From the NCBI RefSeq assembly GCF_032444005.1, contig NC_091289.1, positions 92,132,001 through 92,196,000 of the forward strand: a stretch of 64,000 nucleotides of DNA. Reading direction: 5' to 3'. Origin of the DNA: Ranitomeya imitator. Lineage: Eukaryota. Positions 12,980 through 23,243 of the stretch are shown in pieces. The notes beneath the pieces are model-generated. The model was not told the DNA's origin. It made no database searches and saw nothing but the letters and a program-made list of their open reading frames with translations. The position numbers were made by a program, and so were the translations under genes. Within the stretch, counting starts at the first letter, position 1, and the number at the start of each line of letters is the position of its first letter.

Positions 12980-13944
12980 AATTATGGAAACAGGAACACA
13001 TGGGCTACTTGCACAGTGAACAAGTCTGTATGATCATGTTCACAAACCACCAAGAAACCTGAAGACACAAAAGAGAATAGTAAAACCAAAAACACTCAGT
13101 TTGAAAAAATGTTGCAGTAATCCGCAAGTGCTAGTAAAAGATGTAAAAAACAGGGTATTTGGTTGATACGTTTTTTGCAAAAAATGTATACTAAGCTGCT
13201 CTACCAATCTTCACGGTATACCCTTATCAGAGCAGTCCTAACTAATGTATGCAATCCCTATCTGATGTATTTAAAAACCTGATCATCTGTATATAACCTG
13301 TGTGAACAGGGTTCAGAGAGGAAAAATCCATGTGTGCATACAGGGTAGAACAGCTTTTGTGCAGATAGCCCAAGAGGAGTGGTGGAACTCCCCAGTCTTG
13401 TAGACACAAGAGAACAATTATGGAAACAGGAACACATGGGCTACTTGCACAGTGAACAAGTCTGTATGATCATGTTCACACACCACCAAGAAACCTGAAG
13501 ACACAAAAGAGAATAGTAAAACCAAAAACACTCAGTTTGAAAAAATGTTGCATGTGCAAGTAGCCCATGTGTTCCTGTTTCCATAATTGTTCTCTTGTGT
13601 CTACAATACTGGGGAGTTCCACCACTCCTCTTGGGCTATCTGCACAAAAGCTGTTCTACCCTGTATGCACACATGGATTTTTCCTCTCTGAACCCTGTTC
13701 ACACAGGTTATATACAGATGATCAGGTTTTTAAATACATCAGATAGGGATTGCATACATTAGTTAGGACTGCTCTGATAAGGGTATACCGTGAAGATTGG
13801 TAGAGCAGCTTAGTATACATTTTTTGCAAAAAACGTATCAACCAAATACCCTGTTTTTTACATCTTTTACTAGCACTTGCGGATTACTGCAACATTTTTT
13901 CAAACTGAGTGTTTTTGGTTTTACTATTCTCTTTTGTGTCTTTA
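12980..13944. repeat. Insertion made of a 436-bp unit in partial tandem followed by its inverted copy (390-bp arms), flanked by a 15-bp direct repeat; probably derived from a Penelope pLTR
   Basis: Unit starts at 12980 and 13416; arms 13062-13451 and 13553-13942 are reverse complements (one mismatch seen); TAGCTGCTACATCAA at 12967-12981 and 13943-13957. Confidence 0.85.
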
Positions 13945-14285
13945 GCTGCTACATCAAACAAATCGCTTTTTTCAGGGCTAATTCAAATAGATTCTTTTCT
14001 GTCATAATAATACCCCTCTGGTCTGCAATTCGTGTAGGGTAAGATGTGGCAGTAGCGTATCACAGGCATCTAGTCAGGGATTATTGTCTCATAAATTGTA
14101 AGCCTTGCTGCGGTTTTTCTCCCATGCACTTAATGACTAATTCATGTTTTTTAGTTATCTGTACTCCGTAAAGCTGGTAGTAACATAGTAACATAGTTAG
14201 TAAGGCCGAAAAAAGACATTTGTCCATCCAGTTCAGCCTATATTCCATCATAATAAATCCCCAGATCTACGTCCTTCTACAGAAC

Positions 14286-17066
14286 CTAATAATTGTATGA
14301 TACAATATTGTTCTGCTCCAGGAAGACATCCAGGCCTCTCTTGAACCCCTCGACTGAGTTCGCCATCACCACCTCCTCAGGCAAGCAATTCCAGATTCTC
14401 ACTGCCCTAACAGTAAAGAATCCTCTTCTATGTTGGTGGAAAAACCTTCTCTCCTCCAGACGCAAAGAATGCCCCCTTGTGCCCGTCACCTTCCTTGGTA
14501 TAAACAGATCCTCAGCGAGATATTTGTATTGTCCCCTTATATACTTATACATGGTTATTAGATCGCCCCTCAGTCGTCTTTTTTCTAGACTAAATAATCC
14601 TAATTTCGCTAATCTATCTGGGTATTGTAGTTCTCCCATCCCCTTTATTAATTTTGTTGCCCTCCTTTGTACTCTCTCTAGTTCCATTATATCCTTCCTG
14701 AGCACCGGTGCCCAAAACTGGACACAGTACTCCATGTGCGGTCTAACTAGGGATTTGTACAGAGGCAGTATAATGCTCTCATCATGTGTATCCAGACCTC
14801 TTTTAATGCACCCCATGATCCTGTTTGCCTTGGCAGCTGCTGCCTGGCACTGGCTGCTCCAGGTAAGTTTATCATTAACTAGGATCCCCAAGTCCTTCTC
14901 CCTGTCAGATTTACCCAGTGGTTTCCCGTTCAGTGTGTAATGGTGATATTGATTCCCTCTTCCCATGTGTATAACCTTACATTTATCATTGTTAAACCTC
15001 ATCTGCCACCTTTCAGCCCAAGTTTCCAACTTATCCAGATCCATCTGTAGCAGAATACTATCTTCTCTTGTATTAACTGCTTTACATAGTTTTGTATCAT
15101 CTGCAAATATCGATATTTTACTGTGTAAACCTTCTACCAGATCATTAATGAATATGTTGAAGAGAACAGGTCCCAATACTGACCCCTGCGGTACCCCACT
15201 GGTCACAGCGACCCAGTTAGAGACTATACCATTTATAACCACCCTCTGCTTTCTATCACTAAGCCAGTTACTAACCCATTTACACACATTTTCCCCCAGA
15301 CCAAGCATTCTCATTTTGTGTACCAACCTCTTGTGCGGCACGGTATCAAACGCTTTGGAAAAATCGAGATATACCACGTCCAATGACTCACCGTGGTCCA
15401 GTCTATAGCTTACCTCTTCATAAAAACTGATTAGATTGGTTTGACAGGAGCGATTTCTCATAAACCCATGCTGATATGGAGTTAAACAGTTATTCTCATT
15501 GAGATAATCCAGAATAACATCCCTCAGAAACCCTTCAAATATTTTACCAACAATAGAGGTTAGACTTACTGGCCTATAATTTCCAGGTTCACTTTTAGAG
15601 CCCTTTTTGAATATTGGCACCACATTTGCTATGCGCCAGTCCTGCGGAACAGACCCTGTCGCTATAGAGTCCCTAAAAATAAGAAATAATGGTTTATCTA
15701 TTACATTACTTAGTTCTCTTAGTACTCGTGGGTGTATGCCATCCGGACCCGGAGATTTATCTATTTTAATCTTATTTAGCCGGTTTCGCACCTCTTCTTG
15801 GGTTAGATTGGTGACTCTTAATATAGGGTTTTCATTGTTTCTTGGGATTTCACCTAGCATTTCATTTTCCACCGTGAATACCGTGGAGAAGAAGGTGTTT
15901 AATATGTTAGCTTTTTCCTCGTCATCTACAACCATTCTTTCCTCACTATTTTTTAAGGGGCCTACATTTTCAGTTTTTATTCTTTTACTATTGATATAGT
16001 TGAAGAACAGTTTGGGATTAGTTTTACTCTCCTTAGCAATGTGCTTCTCTGTTTCCTTTTTGGCAGCTTTAATTAGTTTTTTAGATAAAGTATTTTTCTC
16101 CCTATAGTTTTTTAGAGCTTCAATGGTGCCATCCTGCTTTAGTAGTGCAAATGCTTTCTTTTTACTGTTAATTGCCTGTCTTACTTCTTTGTTTAGCCAC
16201 ATTGGGTTTTTCCTATTTCTAGTCCTTTTATTCCCACAAGGTATAAACCGCTTACACTGCCTATTTAGGATGTTCTTAAACATTTCCCATTTATTATCTG
16301 TATTCTCATTTCTGAGGATATTGTCCCAGTCTACCAGATTAAGGGCATCTCTAAGCTGTTCAAACTTTGCCTTCCTAAAGTTCAATGTTTTTGTGACTCC
16401 CTGACAAGTCCCCCTAGTGAAAGACAGGTGAAACTGCACAATATTGTGGTCGCTATTTCCTAAATGCCCAACCACCTGCAGATTTGTTATTCTGTCAGGT
16501 CTATTAGATAGTATTAGGTCTAAAAGTGCTGCTCCTCTGGTTGGATTCTGCACCAATTGTGAAAGATAATTTTTCTTGGTTATTAGCAGAAACCTGTTGC
16601 CTTTATGGGTTTCACAGGTTTCTGTTTCCCAGTTAATATCCGGGTAGTTAAAGTCCCCCATAACCAGGACCTCATTATGGGTTGCAGCTTCATCTATCTG
16701 CTTTAGAAGTAGACTTTCCATGCTTTCTGTTATATTTGGGGGTTTGTAACAGACCCCAATGAGAATTTTGTTACCATTTTTCCCTCCATGAATTTCAACC
16801 CATATGGACTCGACATCCTCATTCCCTTCGCTAATATCCTCCCTTAAAGTGGACTTTAGACAAGACTTTACATAGAGACAAACCCCTCCTCCTCTCCGAT
16901 TTTTACGATCCTTTCTAAACAGACTGTAACCCTGTAAGTTAACTGCCCAGTCATAGCTTTCATCTAACCATGTCTCGGTTATTCCCACTATGTCAAAGTT
17001 ACCTGTAGATATTTCTGCTTCTAGTTCTTCCATCTTGTTTGTAAGGCTTCTGGCGTTTGCGAGCAT
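14286..17066 (-). CDS. CR1 ORF2: AP endonuclease plus reverse transcriptase, 926 aa, uninterrupted
   Basis: NARSL..K, GITETWL, GDFN, SDHN (APE motifs); YLDFSKAFD, GVPQGSVLGP, FADDTKL (RT motifs); the frame is open upstream to 17300, overlapping the end of ORF1. Confidence 0.97.
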   Translation of the reverse strand: MLANARSLTNKMEELEAEISTGNFDIVGITETWLDESYDWAVNLQGYSLFRKDRKNRRGGGVCLYVKSCLKSTLREDISEGNEDVESIWVEIHGGKNGNKILIGVCYKPPNITESMESLLLKQIDEAATHNEVLVMGDFNYPDINWETETCETHKGNRFLLITKKNYLSQLVQNPTRGAALLDLILSNRPDRITNLQVVGHLGNSDHNIVQFHLSFTRGTCQGVTKTLNFRKAKFEQLRDALNLVDWDNILRNENTDNKWEMFKNILNRQCKRFIPCGNKRTRNRKNPMWLNKEVRQAINSKKKAFALLKQDGTIEALKNYREKNTLSKKLIKAAKKETEKHIAKESKTNPKLFFNYINSKRIKTENVGPLKNSEERMVVDDEEKANILNTFFSTVFTVENEMLGEIPRNNENPILRVTNLTQEEVRNRLNKIKIDKSPGPDGIHPRVLRELSNVIDKPLFLIFRDSIATGSVPQDWRIANVVPIFKKGSKSEPGNYRPVSLTSIVGKIFEGFLRDVILDYLNENNCLTPYQHGFMRNRSCQTNLISFYEEVSYRLDHGESLDVVYLDFSKAFDTVPHKRLVHKMRMLGLGENVCKWVSNWLSDRKQRVVINGIVSNWVAVTSGVPQGSVLGPVLFNIFINDLVEGLHSKISIFADDTKLCKAVNTREDSILLQMDLDKLETWAERWQMRFNNDKCKVIHMGRGNQYHHYTLNGKPLGKSDREKDLGILVNDKLTWSSQCQAAAAKANRIMGCIKRGLDTHDESIILPLYKSLVRPHMEYCVQFWAPVLRKDIMELERVQRRATKLIKGMGELQYPDRLAKLGLFSLEKRRLRGDLITMYKYIRGQYKYLAEDLFIPRKVTGTRGHSLRLEERRFFHQHRRGFFTVRAVRIWNCLPEEVVMANSVEGFKRGLDVFLEQNNIVSYNY

Positions 17067-17203
17067 GCAGTTTAGAGGATTTTGTTTTGTTCCAATCTCC
17101 TCACTGTGGATTGTTTTAGAAATGTTCTTACCTCCCTTCTGAGTATGTTTTCCTGGGTCGTCTTTGTTCGAGTCTAATGTTTTTCTTCCCGTCCCCTCTT
17201 CTT

Positions 17204-18157
17204 CTAGTTTAACGCCCTCCTGATGAGTGTAGCGAGTCTTCTGGCGAATGTGTGTTTCCCAGGTTTGTTGAGGTGTAGTCCGTCTCTGGCGAGGAGTCCA
17301 TCATACCAGTAATTCACACCGTGGTCCAGGAATCCAAATCCTTGTTGTCTGCACCATCGTCTTAGCCAGTTGTTTGCATCAAGGATCCTGTTCCATCTCC
17401 TGGTGCCATGCCCATCTACTGGAAGGATAGAAGAAAAAACTACCTGTGCATCCAGTTCCTTTACTTTCTTCCCCAACTCTTCAAAGTCCTTGCAGATTGT
17501 CGGTAGGTCCTTCCTTGCCGTGTCATTGGTGCCAACATGTATCAGAAGAAATGGGTGGACGTCCTTGGAGCTGAAGAGCTTTGGTATCCTATCGGTCACA
17601 TCCTTGATCATCGCACCTGGAAGGCAGCATACTTCTCTTGCAGTTATGTCCGGTCTGCAGATGGCTGCTTCTGTGCCTCTCAGTAGTGAGTCTCCCACCA
17701 CCACCACTCTTCGTTGCTTCTTGGCTGTACTTTTTGCTGTCACTTGTTGCTGTGTGCCCTTTTCTTTTTTGCTTGCTGGTATTGCTTCATTCTTAGGTGT
17801 GCCATCTTCATCCTCTACAAAGATTTGATATCGGTTCTTCAGTTGTGTGGTTGGTGATTTCTCCATGGTCTTCTTGCTTCTTTTGGTCACATGCTTCCAC
17901 TCATCTGCTTTTGGAGGTTCTCTGACACTTTTTGCACCTTCTGTGACCAGTAGAGATGCTTCTGTTCTGTCTAGAAAGTCTTCATTCTCTTTGATGAGTT
18001 TCAAAGTTGCTATTCTTTCTTCCAGACCCCGCACCTTTTCTTCTAAAAGGGCCACTAGTCTACACTTCTGACAGGTGAAATTGGATTCTTCTTCTGGTCG
18101 ATCTGTGAACATGTAGCACATGCTGCAGCTCACCATGTAGGTTGTCACATCTGCCAT
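17204..18157 (-). CDS. CR1 ORF1: N-terminal Cys zinc finger and coiled coil plus SGNH/GDSL esterase domain, 317 aa
   Basis: CSMC...CQKC followed by LLEEKVRGLEERIATL; VVVVGDSLLRG (catalytic Ser), CLPGA, HVGTND, DGLHL (Asp/His); esterase ORF1 is established for vertebrate CR1. Confidence 0.94.
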   Translation of the reverse strand: MADVTTYMVSCSMCYMFTDRPEEESNFTCQKCRLVALLEEKVRGLEERIATLKLIKENEDFLDRTEASLLVTEGAKSVREPPKADEWKHVTKRSKKTMEKSPTTQLKNRYQIFVEDEDGTPKNEAIPASKKEKGTQQQVTAKSTAKKQRRVVVVGDSLLRGTEAAICRPDITAREVCCLPGAMIKDVTDRIPKLFSSKDVHPFLLIHVGTNDTARKDLPTICKDFEELGKKVKELDAQVVFSSILPVDGHGTRRWNRILDANNWLRRWCRQQGFGFLDHGVNYWYDGLLARDGLHLNKPGKHTFARRLATLIRRALN

Positions 18158-18264
18158 GTTGCTCCTAGATCCTGCTGACTTGCTGTGTGTTTTCCTTCTT
18201 GTGTAATCTACTCAGCCAAGCTCTCTTGCAATAATGTCCTACAGGCAAAAATTACGGCGCGCGG

Positions 18265-20713
18265 TTTGGTGATGCTTTCGAAGCAGCTGGTCCCGGCTGT
18301 ACCCAACGATCTTCTAGCTTAGGGAGACTTCGCTTCTCCCAGAAGGCACCTGGAATATGCAAATTAGCCTCCTGAAGCTTGAATCCCTGGTTTGGTGATG
18401 CTTTCGAAGCAGCTGTTCCCGGCTGTACCCAACGATCTTCTAGCTTAGGGAGACTTCGCTTCTCCCAGAAGGCACCTGGAATATGCAAATTAGCCTCCTG
18501 AAGCTTGAATCCCTGGTTTGGTGATGCTTTCGAAGCAGCTGGTCCCGGCTGTACCCAACGATCTTCTAGCTTAGGGAGACTTCGCTTCTCCCAGAAGGCA
18601 CCTGGAATATGCAAATTAGCCTCCTGAAGCTTGAATCCCTGGTTTGGTGATGCTTTCGAAGCAGCTGGTCCCGGCTGTACCCAACGATCTTCTAGCTTAG
18701 GGAGACTTCGCTTCTCCCAGAAGGCACCTGGAATATGCAAATTAGCCTCCTGAAGCTTGAATCCCTGGTTTGGTGATGCTTTCGAAGCAGCTGGTCCCGG
18801 CTGTACCCAACGATCTTCTAGCTTAGGGAGACTTCGCTTCTCCCAGAAGGCACCTGGAATATGCAAATTAGCCTCCTGAAGCTTGAATCCCTGGTTTGGT
18901 GATGCTTTCGAAGCAGCTGGTCCCGGCTGTACCCAACGATCTTCTAGCTTAGGGAGACTTCGCTTCTCCCAGAAGGCACCTGGAATATGCAAATTAGCCT
19001 CCTGAAGCTTGAATCCCTGGTTTGGTGATGCTTTCGAAGCAGCTGGTCCCGGCTGTACCCAACGATCTTCTAGCTTAGGGAGACTTCGCTTCTCCCAGAA
19101 GGCACCTGGAATATGCAAATTAGCCTCCTGAAGCTTGAATCCCTGGTTTGGTGATGCTTTCGAAGCAGCTGGTCCCGGCTGTACCCAACGATCTTCTAGC
19201 TTAGGGAGACTTCGCTTCTCCCAGAAGGCACCTGGAATATGCAAATTAGCCTCCTGAAGCTTGAATCCCTGGTTTGGTGATGCTTTCGAAGCAGCTGGTC
19301 CCGGCTGTACCCAACGATCTTCTAGCTTAGGGAGACTTCGCTTCTCCCAGAAGGCACCTGGAATATGCAAATTAGCCTCCTGAAGCTTGAATCCCTGGTT
19401 TGGTGATGCTTTCGAAGCAGCTGGTCCCGGCTGTACCCAACGATCTTCTAGCTTAGGGAGACTTCTCCCAGAAGGCACCTGGAATATGCAAATTAGCCTC
19501 CTGAAGCTTGAATCCCTGGTTTGGTGATGCTTTCGAAGCAGCTGGTCCCGGCTGTACCCAACGATCTTCTAGCTTAGGGAGACTTCGCTTCTCCCAGAAG
19601 GCACCTGGAATATGCAAATTAGCCTCCTGAAGCTTGAATCCCTGGTTTGGTGATGCTTTCGAAGCAGCTGGTCCCGGCTGTACCCAACGATCTTCTAGCT
19701 TAGGGAGACTTCGCTTCTCCCAGAAGGCACCTGGAATATGCAAATTAGCCTCCTGAAGCTTGAATCCCTGGTTTGGTGATGCTTTCGAAGCAGCTGGTCC
19801 CGGCTGTACCCAACGATCTTCTAGCTTAGGGAGACTTCGCTTCTCCCAGAAGGCACCTGGAATATGCAAATTAGCCTCCTGAAGCTTGAATCCCTGGTTT
19901 GGTGATGCTTTCGAAGCAGCTGGTCCCGGCTGTACCCAACGATCTTCTAGCTTAGGGAGACTTCGCTTCTCCCAGAAGGCACCTGGAATATGCAAATTAG
20001 CCTCCTGAAGCTTGAATCCCTGGTTTGGTGATGCTTTCGAAGCAGCTGGTCCCGGCTGTACCCAACGATCTTCTAGCTTAGGGAGACTTCGCTTCTCCCA
20101 GAAGGCACCTGGAATATGCAAATTAGCCTCCTGAAGCTTGAATCCCTGGTTTGGTGATGCTTTCGAAGCAGCTGGTCCCGGCTGTACCCAACGATCTTCT
20201 AGCTTAGGGAGACTTCGCTTCTCCCAGAAGGCACCTGGAATATGCAAATTAGCCTCCTGAAGCTTGAATCCCTGGTTTGGTGATGCTTTCGAAGCAGCTG
20301 GTCCCGGCTGTACCCAACGATCTTCTAGCTTAGGGAGACTTCGCTTCTCCCAGAAGGCACCTGGAATATGCAAATTAGCCTCCTGAAGCTTGAATCCCTG
20401 GTTTGGTGATGCTTTCGAAGCAGCTGGTCCCGGCTGTACCCAACGATCTTCTAGCTTAGGGAGACTTCGCTTCTCCCAGAAGGCACCTGGAATATGCAAA
20501 TTAGCCTCCTGAAGCTTGAATCCCTGGTTTGGTGATGCTTTCGAAGCAGCTGGTCCCGGCTGTACCCAACGATCTTCTAGCTTAGGGAGACTTCGCTTCT
20601 CCCAGAAGGCACCTGGAATATGCAAATTAGCCTCCTGAAGCTTGAATCCCTGGTTTGGTGATGCTTTCGAAGCAGCTGGTCCCGGCTGTACCCAACGATC
20701 TTCTAGCTTAGGG
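18265..20713 (-). repeat. Tandem array of about 19.5 copies of a 126-bp monomer forming the CR1 5' UTR
   Basis: TTTGGTGATG recurs every 126 bp from 18265 to 20654; I saw only one 5-bp deletion (~19465) and one substitution (~18416). Confidence 0.97.
18357..18364 (+). promoter_or_regulatory. Octamer motif ATGCAAAT (POU-family consensus); first of 19 copies, one per monomer
   Basis: Each monomer reads CACCTGGAATATGCAAATTAGCC; the motif match is direct, function is not shown. Confidence 0.45.
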
Positions 20714-21129
20714 AGTGTTAGCTTAGTGTTACTTGTTACTCTACAGATTCTTACTGCCATGTACAACAATAAAATGAAATTGAGGGCCGATTCAAATCCC
20801 TTCAATATTCTACAGTAATACCACTCTGATCTGCAATTTGTCAATGGTGAGCTGTGGCAGTTGGAATGGCATATGCGAGGCATCTAGTCAAGGATTATTG
20901 TCTTATAATTTGTAAGCCTTGCTACTTGTTTGTTCCATGCACTCATTGACCGATTCATGTTTTTTTTGCGGTGTTCCGTACTCAGAAATTCATCAAAGCA
21001 TGGAAAATTAAGTGATTTAATATGTCCTTTACAGTTTCTCTGTAGCATCTGTATGTAAGAGATAGTGGTGGGAGACTTTATGCTATGTCAGCTGGAATTA
21101 CCACTTCTGAATTCTCTGGTGCTTTGTTT

Positions 21130-21810
21130 CCATCTATTTCTGAGTGGTTATTGAAGTATGTTTGGGGTCAATGTTCTGCTGGAAGACCTACTACGATGCA
21201 AACCCAGCTTTCTGACTACATTGCGACCCAAAATCCTTTGGGAATCTTCACATTTCAAGGCACCCAGGGCCAGAGGCAGCAAAACAACATATCTTTGAAC
21301 CTCCATCATATTTGACTAACTAATGTGTTTTTTATTTGTAGGCCTCATTCCATTTACACTATTCAGTAGAATTATATGCTTTACCAAAAAACTCTATCTT
21401 TGTCTCATCTGTCTACAAGATACCTGCTTGCCATCTAACAATTGAAAGGGCTGCCTGATGGCCTTCTACAAATAGTGATGGCTGGCTGATAGGCCTGGAA
21501 AAATTAAATGACTTTCAATGTGTCTGATCATGTCTCACTTACCACATGACCAGATAAGATATTACAATTATAAAATTACATTTCCTGTGGAATGTTTTTT
21601 TTCACCATTGAAAGCTATGTAAACATGCAGCAAAAACACTGCGTGTGAACATAGCCCAGCCCTAGGTGTGATGGAGCATTTTTTTTTCCTCTTATTAATT
21701 TTGCCTTATATACAAGTTCTTATCATGGAAATAATGTTTCTTAACCTTTTTTCCAGTCAAATCCATTTTAAGTGTGGTTTTGTATGTTTTAATGTCCGTC
21801 CGTAAAAGGG
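21130..21810 (-). mobile_element. Highly decayed Tc1-like fragment
   Basis: TTGAAGTATGTTTGGGGTCAATGTTCTGCTGGAAGACC and downstream text resemble the antisense strand of a Tc1 transposase; no intact ORF. Confidence 0.45.
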
Positions 21811-22953
21811 GAGCAATACTCTGACAACATTGTTTTTAGCACCAACTTGAGATTTAGAGATGCTTCCGGGGGTCTTCCTCATGCTGTTCCCATGCCATTT
21901 CAGCACTGTTTGCATAGTTTATCAATTTTTTTACACCCCCTACAGACCTTCAGAGGTCTGCCACCAGAAAAATGCTCAGGTTTCCCATTGACTTCCATTA
22001 TACTCGTTATTTGAGTCAAGCACCTGAGCATTACGATTTGCACGACTCAAGTAACGACTACCCAAGCATTTTAGTTATTGCTGGTGGACAACTCCTTTAA
22101 GTGTGGGTTGAACCATGAGCTCCTGTGACAAGAACAGGGAAGTAAGACTGTGACCTGTATGAGCTCCAAGTGTTATATACTGAAAGGTGTAATCATCAAG
22201 AACTGCACTAACGCTGTTGTGCAACTAAAGTGCTGTGCAAATTAATTGGGAAAAAGCAAAAAAATTAAATGTTATAATGCACTGTTACATACTAATTCTG
22301 AAAATTATCTTTTTCCACTGGCTAGTTGACCAAGATTTATTATATATTAAAACCGGTTTGAATCACTGACTGGAAACCAACTTACGATTTTACTTAAAAA
22401 ATGCTTTGTCCCAATTAATTTGCACAGCACTGTATTACGTTTGTGCCCTTGTCAAAAGACTTTAACCACTTGTTTCCCTTCCTCACTTTGAGTAAATTTA
22501 TATTCAACTCAACCCTGCTATGTTTGTATCCATCTCACAGTGATTGACTGCAGTGGTAACTTTGAGCACATCATCTGATGGAGTGGTTTCCTAGTTAACT
22601 GACTGCTGCAGCCATTCACATGGTCCTCTGACATCTGAATAGAGCATACAATGCAGAATCCACTCCAGACCCGAATGGGCACTGGAAGCTGAGTATGCCA
22701 CAGGTTATCATAATAGCATACATGGCTGAAATGCATTTATTTTTTTTGCTATACCGAACAAACTTTTTTTATCCTTCAATCTCACTTCAGCTGTTCCTGG
22801 TACCACTATGTTTTCTTCAGAATTCTTCGCAATTTACTTGCCTTTATTAAACTTCTCCGCCTGTAACTGCTTTTGTGTGGAATTCTCTCCTTCATAAAAT
22901 GTAATTGTAAATGTCTTACATATTAAACCGACATTTAATTTCATTTTCCACAG

Positions 22954-23154
22954 GTAAATATTGATCACAAAACAAGAGAGCTTATCTCCCAGAAAATCTC
23001 ACAACCAACAGTTAATTGTTTTGATGATGCTCAACAACTTATCATATGTCTTATGGCAAAGGACTCATTTCCTCGCTTCTTACGATCAGAGCATTATAAA
23101 GAGTTGGTGAAGAAGCAACAAAATAATGGACAAAAAAGATGGCTGTCCTTTTAA
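22954..23154 (+). CDS. rgs21: Terminal coding exon of regulator of G-protein signalling 21 (second half of the RGS domain plus C-terminus)
   Basis: Acceptor TTTCATTTTCCACAG then phase-0 VNIDHKTRELISQKISQPTVNCFDDAQQLIICLMAKDSFPRFLRSEHYKELVKKQQNNGQKRWLSF*; matches the human RGS21 C-terminus from memory (INIDFGTRDLISKNIAEPTLKCFDEAQKLIYCLMAKDSFPRFLKSEIY...KKWLPFL); absent from the ORF track. Confidence 0.85.
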   Translation, partial: VNIDHKTRELISQKISQPTVNCFDDAQQLIICLMAKDSFPRFLRSEHYKELVKKQQNNGQKRWLSF

Positions 23155-23243
23155 AGAACTACAGTAGCAAAGATAATAAGGATGTTTGCTGCTCAAATAA
23201 TTCAATTTAAAAGGTTTCTATTATGACACTGACTGAATACTGA

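Larger units (their letters stand above)
14178..20713 (-). mobile_element. Full-length, apparently intact CR1-clade LINE
   Basis: Tandem 5' array, ORF1, ORF2, short 3' UTR with stem-loop, and (CTATGTTA)n tail (seen on + as TAGTAACATAGTAACATAG at 14178). Confidence 0.96.

Noticed and set aside
14293-16404. Plus-strand ORFs of 93-215 aa overlapping CR1 ORF2, and equivalents at 61997-63424
   Set aside because: Antisense shadows of the RT frame with no recognisable motifs; the 251-aa ORF at 61997 is a chimera across an insertion junction
18265-20713. CRISPR-like appearance of regularly spaced repeats
   Set aside because: The units are contiguous and identical with no unique spacers, there are no cas genes, and the context is eukaryotic
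13975-20985. About 200-bp similar sequences on both sides of the CR1 (13975-14170 and 20784-20985), considered as LTRs or a giant TSD
   Set aside because: They are roughly 70% identical by eye, far more diverged than the near-pristine CR1, so they are better explained as an older tandem duplication into which the LINE inserted
21085-21315. ORF containing SEFSG, considered as the missing rgs21 middle exon
   Set aside because: It lacks EENxEFWLACE and the rest of the RGS motif, and overlaps a decayed Tc1 fragment
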